Below are positions 50,626 through 60,125 of a DNA stretch of 64,000 nt, one piece after another. How positions within the stretch are numbered: position 1 is the first letter of the stretch; every line of letters begins with the position of its first letter. This DNA comes from Spirochaetia bacterium (GTDB lineage: Bacteria; Spirochaetota; Spirochaetia; SP-2023): NCBI GenBank assembly GCA_965263295.1, contig OZ253665.1, positions 864,001 to 928,000 of the forward strand. The letters are read 5' to 3'. The notes beneath the pieces were generated by a model, which saw only the letters and a program-made list of their open reading frames with translations, ran no database searches and was not told the DNA's origin. The position numbers and the translations under genes were made by a program.

Positions 50626-53091
50626 TTAAGCATTGATCATAGCTGTCTGCTTTTTTTCTCCCCGCGCCTGAGCTTTCTGTTCCAATACCAGAGAACTCCG
50701 GCAGCGGAATTGCAGCTTGCCACTACGCAAGGATATCAAAACCTCTCCACCATTGGAAAGTGGACCATAGAGAACCTCGTCAATCAGCTTTCCTTTAATT
50801 TCGTCTTCAATATAACGATTCAAGTTACGAGCGCCGAACTCTTGGGAATAGCCTTTCCCGCAAAGATATTCCAGCACTTTATTACTATATTTAATGCGAA
50901 TATTCTTTTCACCTAGGACACGGGCAAAATTTTCCATTTCCTTGCGAGCTATGCGATTAATCACATCTTTATCCAATGCGTTGAACGGTACAACCTTATC
51001 CAGACGGTTGCGGAACTCTGGGGTAAAGATATGCTTTAGCGCCTCGTCTATCGCATCCTGGCTGATTACCTGATCGCCAAAACCTATACGTTTCTGGCCG
51101 ATGCGGTGGGCTCCCGCATTGGAAGTCATGACAATAATGACATTGCGCAAATCGGCCTGACGGCCTTGATTGTCTGTAATTGTCGCATAGTCCATCATTT
51201 GCAACAAAATATTGTAGATTGTGCTGTGAGCCTTCTCGATTTCGTCTAACAACAGCACTGAATACGGATTCTTGCGCAGAGTGTCGGTCAATAAGCCGCC
51301 CTCTTCATAGCCGACATAACCAGGAGGAGAACCAATCAGGCGAGCCACAGAGTGGGCTTCTTGATATTCACTCATGTCAAAACGATGCAGGCTGACCCCC
51401 AGCTCGCTCGCGAGCTGGCGTGCCAGCTCGGTTTTACCGACACCGGTGGGCCCGACAAATAGCAAATTGGCAATCGACTTATTCGCATCGCGAAATCCCA
51501 CGCGTGAACGTTTTATAGCTTCGCTAACTATTTTTACAGCTTGATCCTGACCGTGAATGTAGCGCAATAAATGTTCCTCCAAATAACGCAACCGCTGCCG
51601 CTCGTCGACTTCGACAGTCTTCTGCGGAATATGGGCGATGGAAGCCACAACCTGCTCAATATGGGCCTGGCCAATCTCTGGTTTACCTAACTTACGCCAA
51701 GCAGCCTCTTTTTCCTCCAGTTCGGCATTGGCCAACTTTTCAAAGCGAATGCGAGCCCAGGCCCCTACCTCATCCATTACGTCGATCGCCTTATCTGGCA
51801 ACTGGCGCTCGTTGATATACTGATCCGACAACTCGACGGCAGCCTTTAGACTTTCCTCGGTATAACGGACTTGGTGAAAAGCCTCATATTTATGTTTGAT
51901 ACCTTGCAAAATCTTCTGAGTCTCTTCACGACTGGTGGCCGGCACATCAATCTTTTGGAAACGACGGGCCAAAGCGTGATCCTTGGAAAAACTTTTTTTG
52001 AACTCATCGTAAGTTGTCGAACCAATACAACGAATCTGGCCGCGGACCAAGGCTGGCTTCAATAAGTTTGAAGCATCCATACTGCCACCAGAAACAGAAC
52101 CAGCGCCGATAATACTATGAATTTCATCGATGAACAGAATGCCGTTACCGCGCTCACTCAGTTCGCGCACCAGCGCTTTCATCCGTTCTTCAAAATCACC
52201 CCGATAACGAGTACCCGCGATAAGCCCGGCCATATCGAGTGAATAGACTTCCATATTTTGTAAAGTGCTGGGTATATCGCCCGCGACGATGCGTTGAGCC
52301 AATCCTTCGGTAATAGCCGTTTTACCGACTCCAGGATCACCGACATGAACCGGGTTATTTTTAAACCGGCGCGCCAGGATCTGTATCGTCCGATCCAAGA
52401 CTTCCTTGCGACCGATCAAGGGCTCCAATTCATTATTCAGAGCTAAGTCCGTCAAACAAACAGTAAACTGTTCCAGCGGGCTTGGCCTCTTGGTACGTCC
52501 CTCACTGCTCTGCTGCTTTTGGCGCTCCATACGCTCTTTGCGTTTCTGAATCTCACCGCGACCAGACAGGCTCTGAGCACTGAGGCCACTCAAAGCAGAG
52601 CGATCACTGCGTGATTCGTTCCATAGCTGAGTCAAAGCATCGTTGGGCTCAGAATCTTCCTCTTTTTGCAAGGTCACCTGTTCCAGTAAAGTCAAGCGGT
52701 CCAGACCGTCACTCTTGAGGAAATAGGCCGCATGGCTTTCGGGTTCATCCAACAAGGCCACCAACAGATCGCCCACTTGAATTTCTGTCTTACCAGCTGC
52801 AGAAATATGAAACATGGTCCGCTCGATCACACTCTGAAAAGCATGCGATTGTTCCGGATCTTTTACCTGCCCTTCGACAAATTTAGTCAAGTGCTGATCA
52901 AAGTAAGCCAGCAGCTTTTTCTCAATTCTTTCTACGTCGACATCACAGTCCATCATCAGCTGGCGGGAGGGACCAAAGCGCAAGGCTGCAAACAAAATAT
53001 GCTCAGGGGTCAAATGGTCGTGTCGATTGTCCACCGCCAATTTGTAAGCCGCAGACATAACGATGTGGGCTTCTCTATTTAACTCCATCAT
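50626..53091 (-). CDS. clpA: ATP-dependent Clp protease ATP-binding subunit ClpA
   Basis: Two AAA+ modules (GDPGVGKT and GPTGVGKT), RFDMSEY, RLIGSPPGYVG and IGF loop. No ClpB M-domain; lies downstream of clpS. Confidence 0.95.
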   Translation of the reverse strand: MMELNREAHIVMSAAYKLAVDNRHDHLTPEHILFAALRFGPSRQLMMDCDVDVERIEKKLLAYFDQHLTKFVEGQVKDPEQSHAFQSVIERTMFHISAAGKTEIQVGDLLVALLDEPESHAAYFLKSDGLDRLTLLEQVTLQKEEDSEPNDALTQLWNESRSDRSALSGLSAQSLSGRGEIQKRKERMERQKQQSSEGRTKRPSPLEQFTVCLTDLALNNELEPLIGRKEVLDRTIQILARRFKNNPVHVGDPGVGKTAITEGLAQRIVAGDIPSTLQNMEVYSLDMAGLIAGTRYRGDFEERMKALVRELSERGNGILFIDEIHSIIGAGSVSGGSMDASNLLKPALVRGQIRCIGSTTYDEFKKSFSKDHALARRFQKIDVPATSREETQKILQGIKHKYEAFHQVRYTEESLKAAVELSDQYINERQLPDKAIDVMDEVGAWARIRFEKLANAELEEKEAAWRKLGKPEIGQAHIEQVVASIAHIPQKTVEVDERQRLRYLEEHLLRYIHGQDQAVKIVSEAIKRSRVGFRDANKSIANLLFVGPTGVGKTELARQLASELGVSLHRFDMSEYQEAHSVARLIGSPPGYVGYEEGGLLTDTLRKNPYSVLLLDEIEKAHSTIYNILLQMMDYATITDNQGRQADLRNVIIVMTSNAGAHRIGQKRIGFGDQVISQDAIDEALKHIFTPEFRNRLDKVVPFNALDKDVINRIARKEMENFARVLGEKNIRIKYSNKVLEYLCGKGYSQEFGARNLNRYIEDEIKGKLIDEVLYGPLSNGGEVLISLRSGKLQFRCRSSLVLEQKAQARGEKKQTAMINA

Positions 53092-53199
53092 GATGAAACT
53101 CCTTATTCAGGTAATTACTACCTCAGGCACAAAAAACCGTATAAATGCATTCGCGGACAAACGATTCAGTTGGGCTTTGGCAATCGCAAACATTATAAC

Positions 53200-53508
53200 C
53201 TAGACTTCCTCAATCAGACAGCGCAAGGGAAAGTCTGCCTTACGCGCCAAATTCGTTGTTTTTCTCACTTTTGTTACGGCAATATCATAGGAATAAATAC
53301 CGACGACAGCCTGCCCTTCATTGTGAATATCCAGCATCAGCGCATTTGCTTCAGAGTGGGTTTTGCGAAATACGTCAATTAAAATCTGTATCACAAACTT
53401 TTGAGTGGTGTAATCATCGTTCAGCATTATGACCTGATAAGACTTTGGGTGCCGAATTGCGGTGTCAACACTGACATCAATGTCTTGCTGATCTTTGGTC
53501 GCTGGCAT
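53200..53508 (-). CDS. clpS: ClpS adaptor protein
   Basis: YQVIMLNDDYTT..FV, MLDIH..G.AVVG.Y..DIA.TK and FPL.C. Confidence 0.95.
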   Translation of the reverse strand: MPATKDQQDIDVSVDTAIRHPKSYQVIMLNDDYTTQKFVIQILIDVFRKTHSEANALMLDIHNEGQAVVGIYSYDIAVTKVRKTTNLARKADFPLRCLIEEV

Positions 53509-53862
53509 TCTGCATTACTCCTGTCTGTCTTTCCGGGCACTTCCCATCGATACTGGCAAGCTTTGCCCGCCCAACAAGTAACCCAAATATTGGCAAGATT
53601 ATTAAATTCTTGATTATATCAAATGCGGCCAGGAAAGTCAGCCGGTCATAATGCAATATATGACCCAAGCATCAATTCTAGCTCTAGCTTACAGATATTC
53701 TTTCACAAATTTTAACAAGTGCCCCCCGTTGGGCTTTTGATTGGCTTATTTATTTTAGGACTGCAAGCAAAATATGGACAGACTCAATATAAAAAGGCAT
53801 GGCAACAGGATACCGAGATATTTCAATATTATAAAGCAAGTACTGAAGTTTATCGCTGACAG

Positions 53863-54669
53863 TTAGACGTTCTTATACCATATCTGTTGTAAACCCAGAA
53901 AGAGTAGGTCCTCCTGAAACTCACCAAGACATTGGCTGTGTTGGTGATAGAATCGGCCAAAGAAACCAGTGCTATAAATATGAACATCCCAGCCCGAATC
54001 TCCCGGCCTTTGCGCCTGGCTAATTTGACGTAATTCTGCCAGCTGTTGCTCTACCAGATACTCCACCGCGCCCAAGTTGCCCAATATTAAGCCTGAACGG
54101 ATGGCTTCCTGAGTATTGCGACCAATGGAAGACTGCGGCATTTGCAATTTTACCTGGCTCAGCAAGGCCGTATTTTTGACCAATGACACCAAGGATGTCT
54201 CCACGCCCGGCGCGATCGCCACGCCCAGCAATTCACCGCGGCCATTAACTGCCGTAAACGTAGTCGCGGTTCCAAAAGCGATGGCAATGCAAGGCGCGCC
54301 TCGGCTAAAATGATAGGCTCCAACGGCATTGGCGACCAAGTCAGCTCCCAGCTCATGTGGGTGTTCGGTACAAATCTTCAAGCCTGTCTTGACGCCGGGC
54401 CCCAGGATCACCGAAGGCTTATCTACGTGACGTTCTAAAAAAATACTCAACTCCGCGGTAATCAAAGGCACGACACTGCTGATGATAATACCTTCGATAT
54501 CCGGCCAGCTACAACAATTCTGCCGCAAAAACTGATCCACAAACACACAGTATTCATCGGCCGTGCGCTGTAGCTGTGAATTAATACGCATTTTGCCGCG
54601 CACGCATCCGGCTTCGGCCAGCAAGCCAATTTTCACATTGCTATTGCCCACATCAAATGCCAGTAACAT
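53863..54669 (-). CDS. coaX: Type III pantothenate kinase
   Basis: LAFDVGNSN, ISSVVP, ELGADL, FGTATT, IAPG and IGRNT.EAIRSG. Confidence 0.92.
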   Translation of the reverse strand: MLLAFDVGNSNVKIGLLAEAGCVRGKMRINSQLQRTADEYCVFVDQFLRQNCCSWPDIEGIIISSVVPLITAELSIFLERHVDKPSVILGPGVKTGLKICTEHPHELGADLVANAVGAYHFSRGAPCIAIAFGTATTFTAVNGRGELLGVAIAPGVETSLVSLVKNTALLSQVKLQMPQSSIGRNTQEAIRSGLILGNLGAVEYLVEQQLAELRQISQAQRPGDSGWDVHIYSTGFFGRFYHQHSQCLGEFQEDLLFLGLQQIWYKNV

Positions 54670-54888
54670 ACACCCTCTTTCGCATAGCCTCAACCACTTG
54701 GAAGCTTACTACAGTTATATGAATATCGCGTTTTTGTCCAGCTTCGTCCAGTATGGCAAATCCTGCTGAATACCGAGACGCCAGATTTACTCCAACTCTA
54801 TTGCTAATTAAGTATTATCTCCATATAATGCCCAGAATATTCCCGCATATGACATTCCGCGCAGATAATCAATAATGAGGAGGAAAGC

Positions 54889-56049
54889 ATGTCTTTTCCG
54901 TTGTTCCCCAACTACAGCTACCCTGAACATCCAGCCTTTCCATTTTCCGTCAGTGCCGCCGCGGGCAGCTGGCTCTACGACCGAGAAGGACAAAAATATC
55001 TAGACCTATTTGCAGGTATCGCAGTCAATAATCTTGGCCACCGCCACCCGCATGTACAGTCGGCAATTGAAGACCAGCTAAAAAAAGTCTGGCATACCAG
55101 CAACTACTTCCTCAGTCCCCTGGTATTACAACTCGCCGCAACTCTAACTAGTGCCACTCCCCACTGTTCGCGCGCTTTTTTCTGCAACAGCGGTGTCGAG
55201 GCCAACGAAGCCGCATTTAAACTTGCGCGCAAATTTACGGGTAAAAAAACGATTCTAGCCTTCCACAACTCTTTTCACGGTCGCAGCCACTCGACACTTT
55301 CAGCCACTGGCCAAAAGCGTATTCAGCAAGGCTTTTTCCCCCTGGGTGAGGACTTCTATATCCACGCCCCCATCGATGAACCCTCCAGCCTAGAGCGGGT
55401 GAACTCCAACTTGGCGGCTGTCGTAATTGAACCAGTGCAGGGTGACGGCGGTATTTATCCCGTGTCTCCACGTTTTTTGCAGTCTCTCGCCCTAGCATGT
55501 CGGCAAAATGATGTCTTGCTGATTGTCGATGAGGTTCAAACAGGTATGGGCCGCACAGGCAAGCTGTTTGCATACGAACATTCGGGCATTGAACCAGATA
55601 TTATTTCACTGGCAAAGGGCTTGGGTAACGGCCTGCCCATCGGTGCCATCCTGGCGCGAGAAGAGCTCGCTGAAACCTTTAATTACGGGTCCCATGCCTC
55701 AACCTTTGGCGGCAATCTGCTCGCTGTTCGCGCAGCCAGCGCGGTACTCGAAATAATTCAGGAGCCAGGCTTTCTGGAACAAGTCCGGCAAAAAGGGCTG
55801 TGGCTGCTTAACCAACTGCGAGAAAAGCTGACCGAAAACCCCAAGGTAAGGGAAGTGCGCGGTCTAGGCCTGATGCAAGGTGTTGAGCTCTCTGAACCTG
55901 TGGCTCCTTATCTGCAGCGCCTGTGTCGCGAGCACAATGTCGTCTGCATCGGGGCTGGTCCGAATGTCCTGCGCCTGGTCCCGCCACTGACCATAAGCCA
56001 AGAGGAACTGCAGATGGCTGTCGACGCAATTACCGCCGTCCTAAGTTAA
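54889..56049 (+). CDS. argD: Acetylornithine aminotransferase
   Basis: YLDLFAGIAVNNLGH, NSG.EANEAA.K, FHGRS, EPVQG, DEVQTGMGRTG, LAKGLGNG and STFGGN. Confidence 0.92.
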   Translation: MSFPLFPNYSYPEHPAFPFSVSAAAGSWLYDREGQKYLDLFAGIAVNNLGHRHPHVQSAIEDQLKKVWHTSNYFLSPLVLQLAATLTSATPHCSRAFFCNSGVEANEAAFKLARKFTGKKTILAFHNSFHGRSHSTLSATGQKRIQQGFFPLGEDFYIHAPIDEPSSLERVNSNLAAVVIEPVQGDGGIYPVSPRFLQSLALACRQNDVLLIVDEVQTGMGRTGKLFAYEHSGIEPDIISLAKGLGNGLPIGAILAREELAETFNYGSHASTFGGNLLAVRAASAVLEIIQEPGFLEQVRQKGLWLLNQLREKLTENPKVREVRGLGLMQGVELSEPVAPYLQRLCREHNVVCIGAGPNVLRLVPPLTISQEELQMAVDAITAVLS

Positions 56050-56094
56050 GTGGAGGTTCACGGCAATTCGTATGATAAAAGGCTGTCTCTTCTG

Positions 56095-56135
56095 TAGACA
56101 ATTAGCCTGTTATAATATATAATAACAGGCTAATT
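56095..56135 (+). promoter_or_regulatory. Putative tRNA-Ala promoter overlapped by a 14-bp inverted repeat
   Basis: TAGACA(56095)-17 nt-TATAAT(56118). Dyad arms AATTAGCCTGTTAT (56100-56113) and ATAACAGGCTAATT (56122-56135). Confidence 0.65.
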
Positions 56136-56163
56136 ATTATTATTCATTATTACTTATTATAAT

Positions 56164-56237
56164 GGGGACTTAGCTCAGCTGGTCAGAGCGCAGCCTTCGC
56201 ATGGCTGAAGTCACGGGTTCGAATCCCGTAGTCTCCA
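56164..56237 (+). tRNA. tRNA-Ala (anticodon CGC)
   Basis: GGGGACT/AGTCTCC-A acceptor stem with the G3:U70 alanine identity pair, anticodon arm CAGCC-TTCGCAT-GGCTG and T-loop GGTTCGAATCC. Confidence 0.96.
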
Positions 56238-56337
56238 ATACGTTTTCCTATATCACAAAATAAGGGCTTGAGAGGCAACGCAAAGATTCGCATATTCTGG
56301 AGCCATACTCCAGGCTCTGAGATTCAAGGCCTTGGGA

Positions 56338-57171
56338 TTACTGTCCCAAACCCTGCAGGAAATTATAACTTTCAGTGAAAGACGCGGGGCTTTCTTCTTC
56401 AATCAATATGTCGATATACGGTTTCTGCCGACTCAAAAATTCCAGAAAGTATTTATAATCAAAAATGCCCTTTCCCAGAGTTCTCGGTTTTTTTATACCG
56501 TTTTCCATGACAAAATCTTTGGCATGTACGACGGCAACCTGACTGCCGTATAGATCAAATACTTTGTTAATCAGCTTGTGCTGCTCTCGATAATTTTCTT
56601 CTGTAATTAGGTTGACAGGATCAAAGATGACTTTGAGATTACTTGAATTAATTGTATCCAGTACTTTTTTCATTCTTTCGGGGCTGTTGATTATGTGGTC
56701 TGCCACCCCTTCTATCGCAACAAATACGCCAAATCTCTCCGCCTCTGCGACAAGAGGTTCTAAATTTGCGATAAAATGGCTGAAAGCTTTTGCACTAAAG
56801 TTATCTTCATGAAAAGAATAATCCCGATTCAGAGAGCCTGTCTCCGTCGCGACCAGACACGTTCCGAAATCTCTGGCGTGCCTTAGATGCATTTTAAACC
56901 ATGCGCCGAGTTTTGCCATTTCGGCCGGGTCGGGATGTGCCATATTGATATAGCATCCCAACACGGCCACCCTGATATCGTGAACGTCCAATTCTTTCCG
57001 GACTCTGGCTGCAAATCCTGGCGTTATTTTTGCCGGATTCATTCCAAACCCCGCAAAAGATTTTGCCAGAGCCAGCTGAACAAACTGAAAATTATAATCG
57101 TGAATATCACGGGCTAAATCTTCTAAGCTTGTCGAAGCAAAATCATGCGCTCGAACCCCGATATTGAACAT
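56338..57171 (-). CDS. Sugar-phosphate isomerase/epimerase (xylose-isomerase-like TIM barrel)
   Basis: IGVRAHDF, LGCYIN..HPD, VATETGS, AIEG, IFDPVN, VHAKD and IEE metal-binding pattern. Confidence 0.88.
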   Translation of the reverse strand: MFNIGVRAHDFASTSLEDLARDIHDYNFQFVQLALAKSFAGFGMNPAKITPGFAARVRKELDVHDIRVAVLGCYINMAHPDPAEMAKLGAWFKMHLRHARDFGTCLVATETGSLNRDYSFHEDNFSAKAFSHFIANLEPLVAEAERFGVFVAIEGVADHIINSPERMKKVLDTINSSNLKVIFDPVNLITEENYREQHKLINKVFDLYGSQVAVVHAKDFVMENGIKKPRTLGKGIFDYKYFLEFLSRQKPYIDILIEEESPASFTESYNFLQGLGQ

Positions 57172-57596
57172 TGCCGGTACTTCTCCTGGATATTTTGGGA
57201 TATCTTTTGAACACTAAAGCAAAAATAGCTTGGATTTAATCTATATTTATAATTATACCGACAAATATACTTTTTAAAACTACCTCTGCGGACCCAAATA
57301 TTGTTATTTATTCATTTATACTTCAATTTATAACCTAAGCATTCAGCAAGAATATCTAAATACATGGAAATTTCTATTGTCTTTCGCAACATTTTAAATA
57401 GTATATGAAAAATTAGCAGTGTTTTACGCAAAATATTTAACCATCACATATCGGCATGCATGGCCAAGGAATGCTCGGAAAATGCAAGTCCCTGAATTTG
57501 ATTATTTATCGCCTAGAAGGCCGGGAAAAAATAATTGATCCCCGCGCATACAGAATACAAAGTTTTAAAAAGGCAACAGCAGGAGGATTGAAGCCA

Positions 57597-58676
57597 TTGA
57601 TCAAGCAAAATGAAGTTGACGAAAAGATACACAAACTTGAGGCGAGCCTGAAAGAAGTCCTATACGACAGAGATGAATTTTTTATTGCAAACATGAAAAA
57701 ATCCGGCCGCGATGTACGTAGATTCATACATTGGGAATGGCCACAGGGAGTAGGCATATACGGATTTTTCAAACACTATGAACAGACAAAGGACGAAAAA
57801 TACCTCGATGTTTTGGAAGACTGGTTACAGGACAGATTGAAAGATGGGCTCCCCGCGAAAAATGTAAATACAGTAATTCCCTTGCTGTCGATGGCCTGCT
57901 TATATGAGGTCAGGCCCCAGAATCAATATAGAGAAATCATGTTCGAATGGAGCAACTGGATAATGCATGAGATGCCCCGGACAAAAGAAGGCGGATTTCA
58001 GCACATTACATCGGACAGTTTGAATACGGGACAACTCTGGGATGACACATTATTTATGACCGTCCTTTTCCTGGCAAGAGTAGCTGAGATTTTTGCCAGA
58101 AAGGATTATAGCGATGAAGCACTGCGACAGTTCTTACTACACACCAAATATCTCTCGGATCCGGCGACAGGATTGTGGTTCCACGGCTGGACATTTGAAG
58201 GAAATCATAATTTTGCCAAAGCTTTATGGGCAAGGGGCAACAGCTGGATTACGATGGGGATCCCCGAATTTATAGAGATGGTCTCGCTGGAAGGGGCTGC
58301 AAAATATTTTTTGATAGAAACATTTAAACGGCAAGTCGATGCATTGCTAGAGTACCAGGATGATTCGGGCATGTGGCATACACTGATCAATGACAGCGAC
58401 TCTTACTTGGAAAGTTCGGCGACAGCAGGCTTTGTATACGGTATACTAAAAGCGATAAGATTGGGATACATAGGCAAAGAATACCTTGATTCAGGCTTAA
58501 AAGGACTCAAATCGGTCATGGCCAATATCACGGAAGGTGGAGAAGTAAAACAGGTATCGTATGGAACAGCCATGGGGCATACCCTTGATTTCTATAAAAC
58601 AATACCGATCAAAAGAATGGCTTACGGGCAGGCAATGGCGATGCTGGCATTGTTGGAAGGAATGAATCATATTTGA
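57597..58676 (+). CDS. Glycoside hydrolase family 105/88 (unsaturated rhamnogalacturonyl hydrolase-like)
   Basis: WEWPQGVG.YG, PRT.EGGFQH, LWDDTLFM, GLWFHGW, WARGNSW, SGMWHTL, ESSATAG and YGQ. TTG 57597 follows AGGAGG (ORF track start 57456). Confidence 0.92.
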   Translation: MIKQNEVDEKIHKLEASLKEVLYDRDEFFIANMKKSGRDVRRFIHWEWPQGVGIYGFFKHYEQTKDEKYLDVLEDWLQDRLKDGLPAKNVNTVIPLLSMACLYEVRPQNQYREIMFEWSNWIMHEMPRTKEGGFQHITSDSLNTGQLWDDTLFMTVLFLARVAEIFARKDYSDEALRQFLLHTKYLSDPATGLWFHGWTFEGNHNFAKALWARGNSWITMGIPEFIEMVSLEGAAKYFLIETFKRQVDALLEYQDDSGMWHTLINDSDSYLESSATAGFVYGILKAIRLGYIGKEYLDSGLKGLKSVMANITEGGEVKQVSYGTAMGHTLDFYKTIPIKRMAYGQAMAMLALLEGMNHI

Positions 58677-58796
58677 ACGCGACAAGATTTCCAGAGAATA
58701 TTCATAAATTCATTTTCAACGTACTCAAGAATAATTTCTCTGTACTGCAAAATCCTTATCAGCTGCGTTACTTCCGATGCTATCGGGCATAGGGGG

Positions 58797-58825
58797 GTCG
58801 CCCTCGCGGGCGCGTGAATTGAGAC
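58797..58825 (+). CRISPR. Solitary degenerate type I-C-like CRISPR repeat
   Basis: GTCGCCCTCGCGGGCGCGTGAATTGAGAC differs from the 61745 repeat by a 2-nt deletion and two substitutions. Confidence 0.75.
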
Positions 58826-58841
58826 CTGGCCTATGTGGCTG

Positions 58842-59762
58842 CTAGTCCCAGCACGGACGATTTTTCGACGGAGCTAGGAAGGCGCCCGCGACCGCGCCGC
58901 CCACGATCAGGCAGAATCCGCTGACTTGGAGTAGGCTCAATGGCTCATGTAGCAGCATCGCGGTGAGAATCACCGCCGTCACCGGCTCAACTGGTGTGAT
59001 CAGACTGGCTGAGGTGGCGGGAAGCTCATTGAGCCCCCGTGTGAACAGAAGATACGACATCACGGTCCCGAACCAGCTCAGGCCCAGCAGCGCAAGCAAA
59101 ACGCCGGGCGAATGATGCATCGCCAAGCGCCTCAGGCCCGACCATAGATCGGGGATGAGCAGGTTTGCCAAGCCCGCTGTCAGAAAGGAAGAAAACACGA
59201 GATCGGTCGGCGTCAATCCGCGCTTGAGACACCGTTTCCCGAGCACGCCATACAGGGCGTAGCAGATGGCGGACAGCAGAGCCGCGAAAATACCGGCGGC
59301 ATCAAGGCCAAGGCTCTGGTCTCCCCCCAAAAAAAGGTTCGGAGACAGGACCAGCAGCACGCCGGCGACACTTAACGCCGCAAGCCCCATTTGCTTAATG
59401 CCCAAGCCGACACCGAGAAAAACCGCCGCGCCCATGACGGTCCACAAAGGCGATGTGTAAAGCAGGGCGACGGAAAGCGTGACACCAATGCGGGAGATGG
59501 CTGTGAAATAGGCGATATTAAAGCCGATGACGCCAAAAGCCGCATGTGCGATCACCAAACGCACCATTTGCGCATACGGCCGGAAACCGCGCGACCGGAA
59601 AAGGAAGGCGGCCGCCAGCGGCGATGCGGCAAAGGCGATGCGGAGCGAGGCCACTTCACGCCCGCTGAAGCCAAGCGTATTCAGAAAGGCTCCGATCGGC
59701 CCCAGGGTTCCCCATGTCGCCGCCGCAAGAAAGACCAGGATGCCGGGCCACAGCTTTGTCAA
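58842..59762 (-). CDS. DMT/EamA family transporter
   Basis: About 10 TM segments with AATWG, LLYTSPLW, GL..LPATSASLIT.VEPV.A and HEPL. TTG 59762 follows AAAGGT. GC-rich. Confidence 0.9.
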   Translation of the reverse strand: MTKLWPGILVFLAAATWGTLGPIGAFLNTLGFSGREVASLRIAFAASPLAAAFLFRSRGFRPYAQMVRLVIAHAAFGVIGFNIAYFTAISRIGVTLSVALLYTSPLWTVMGAAVFLGVGLGIKQMGLAALSVAGVLLVLSPNLFLGGDQSLGLDAAGIFAALLSAICYALYGVLGKRCLKRGLTPTDLVFSSFLTAGLANLLIPDLWSGLRRLAMHHSPGVLLALLGLSWFGTVMSYLLFTRGLNELPATSASLITPVEPVTAVILTAMLLHEPLSLLQVSGFCLIVGGAVAGAFLAPSKNRPCWD

Positions 59763-60125
59763 GATTGACCTTTCCGCGCGCGGCCAGAATTTCAAAATTC
59801 AATGCCATATACGGCATGATTTCGGCAATGCCGGCATCGAGATCGACAGCCTTTGCCACCTCGCCCATCTGGCTTGTGCGTTGCGTTCGTGCCGGCAATT
59901 CCATCCGGTCAGGACAGGCAGACCCCGGCCAAACGAAGGCCAGGTCAAGACCGTGTTCGTGCAAAATGCTCTGGATCTGTGTATGGCCCGCTCGCACCCG
60001 TTGCGCCAGAATTCCCCAGACATGTGTGGGAGAAAGCGTGAGGAAATCGGATTTTTCATCCATTTTAGTCACTGCGATTCAGCGAGGACTCGCTTTTGGG
60101 ATGGAGCTGGTAGCGCAAGCTTTGT

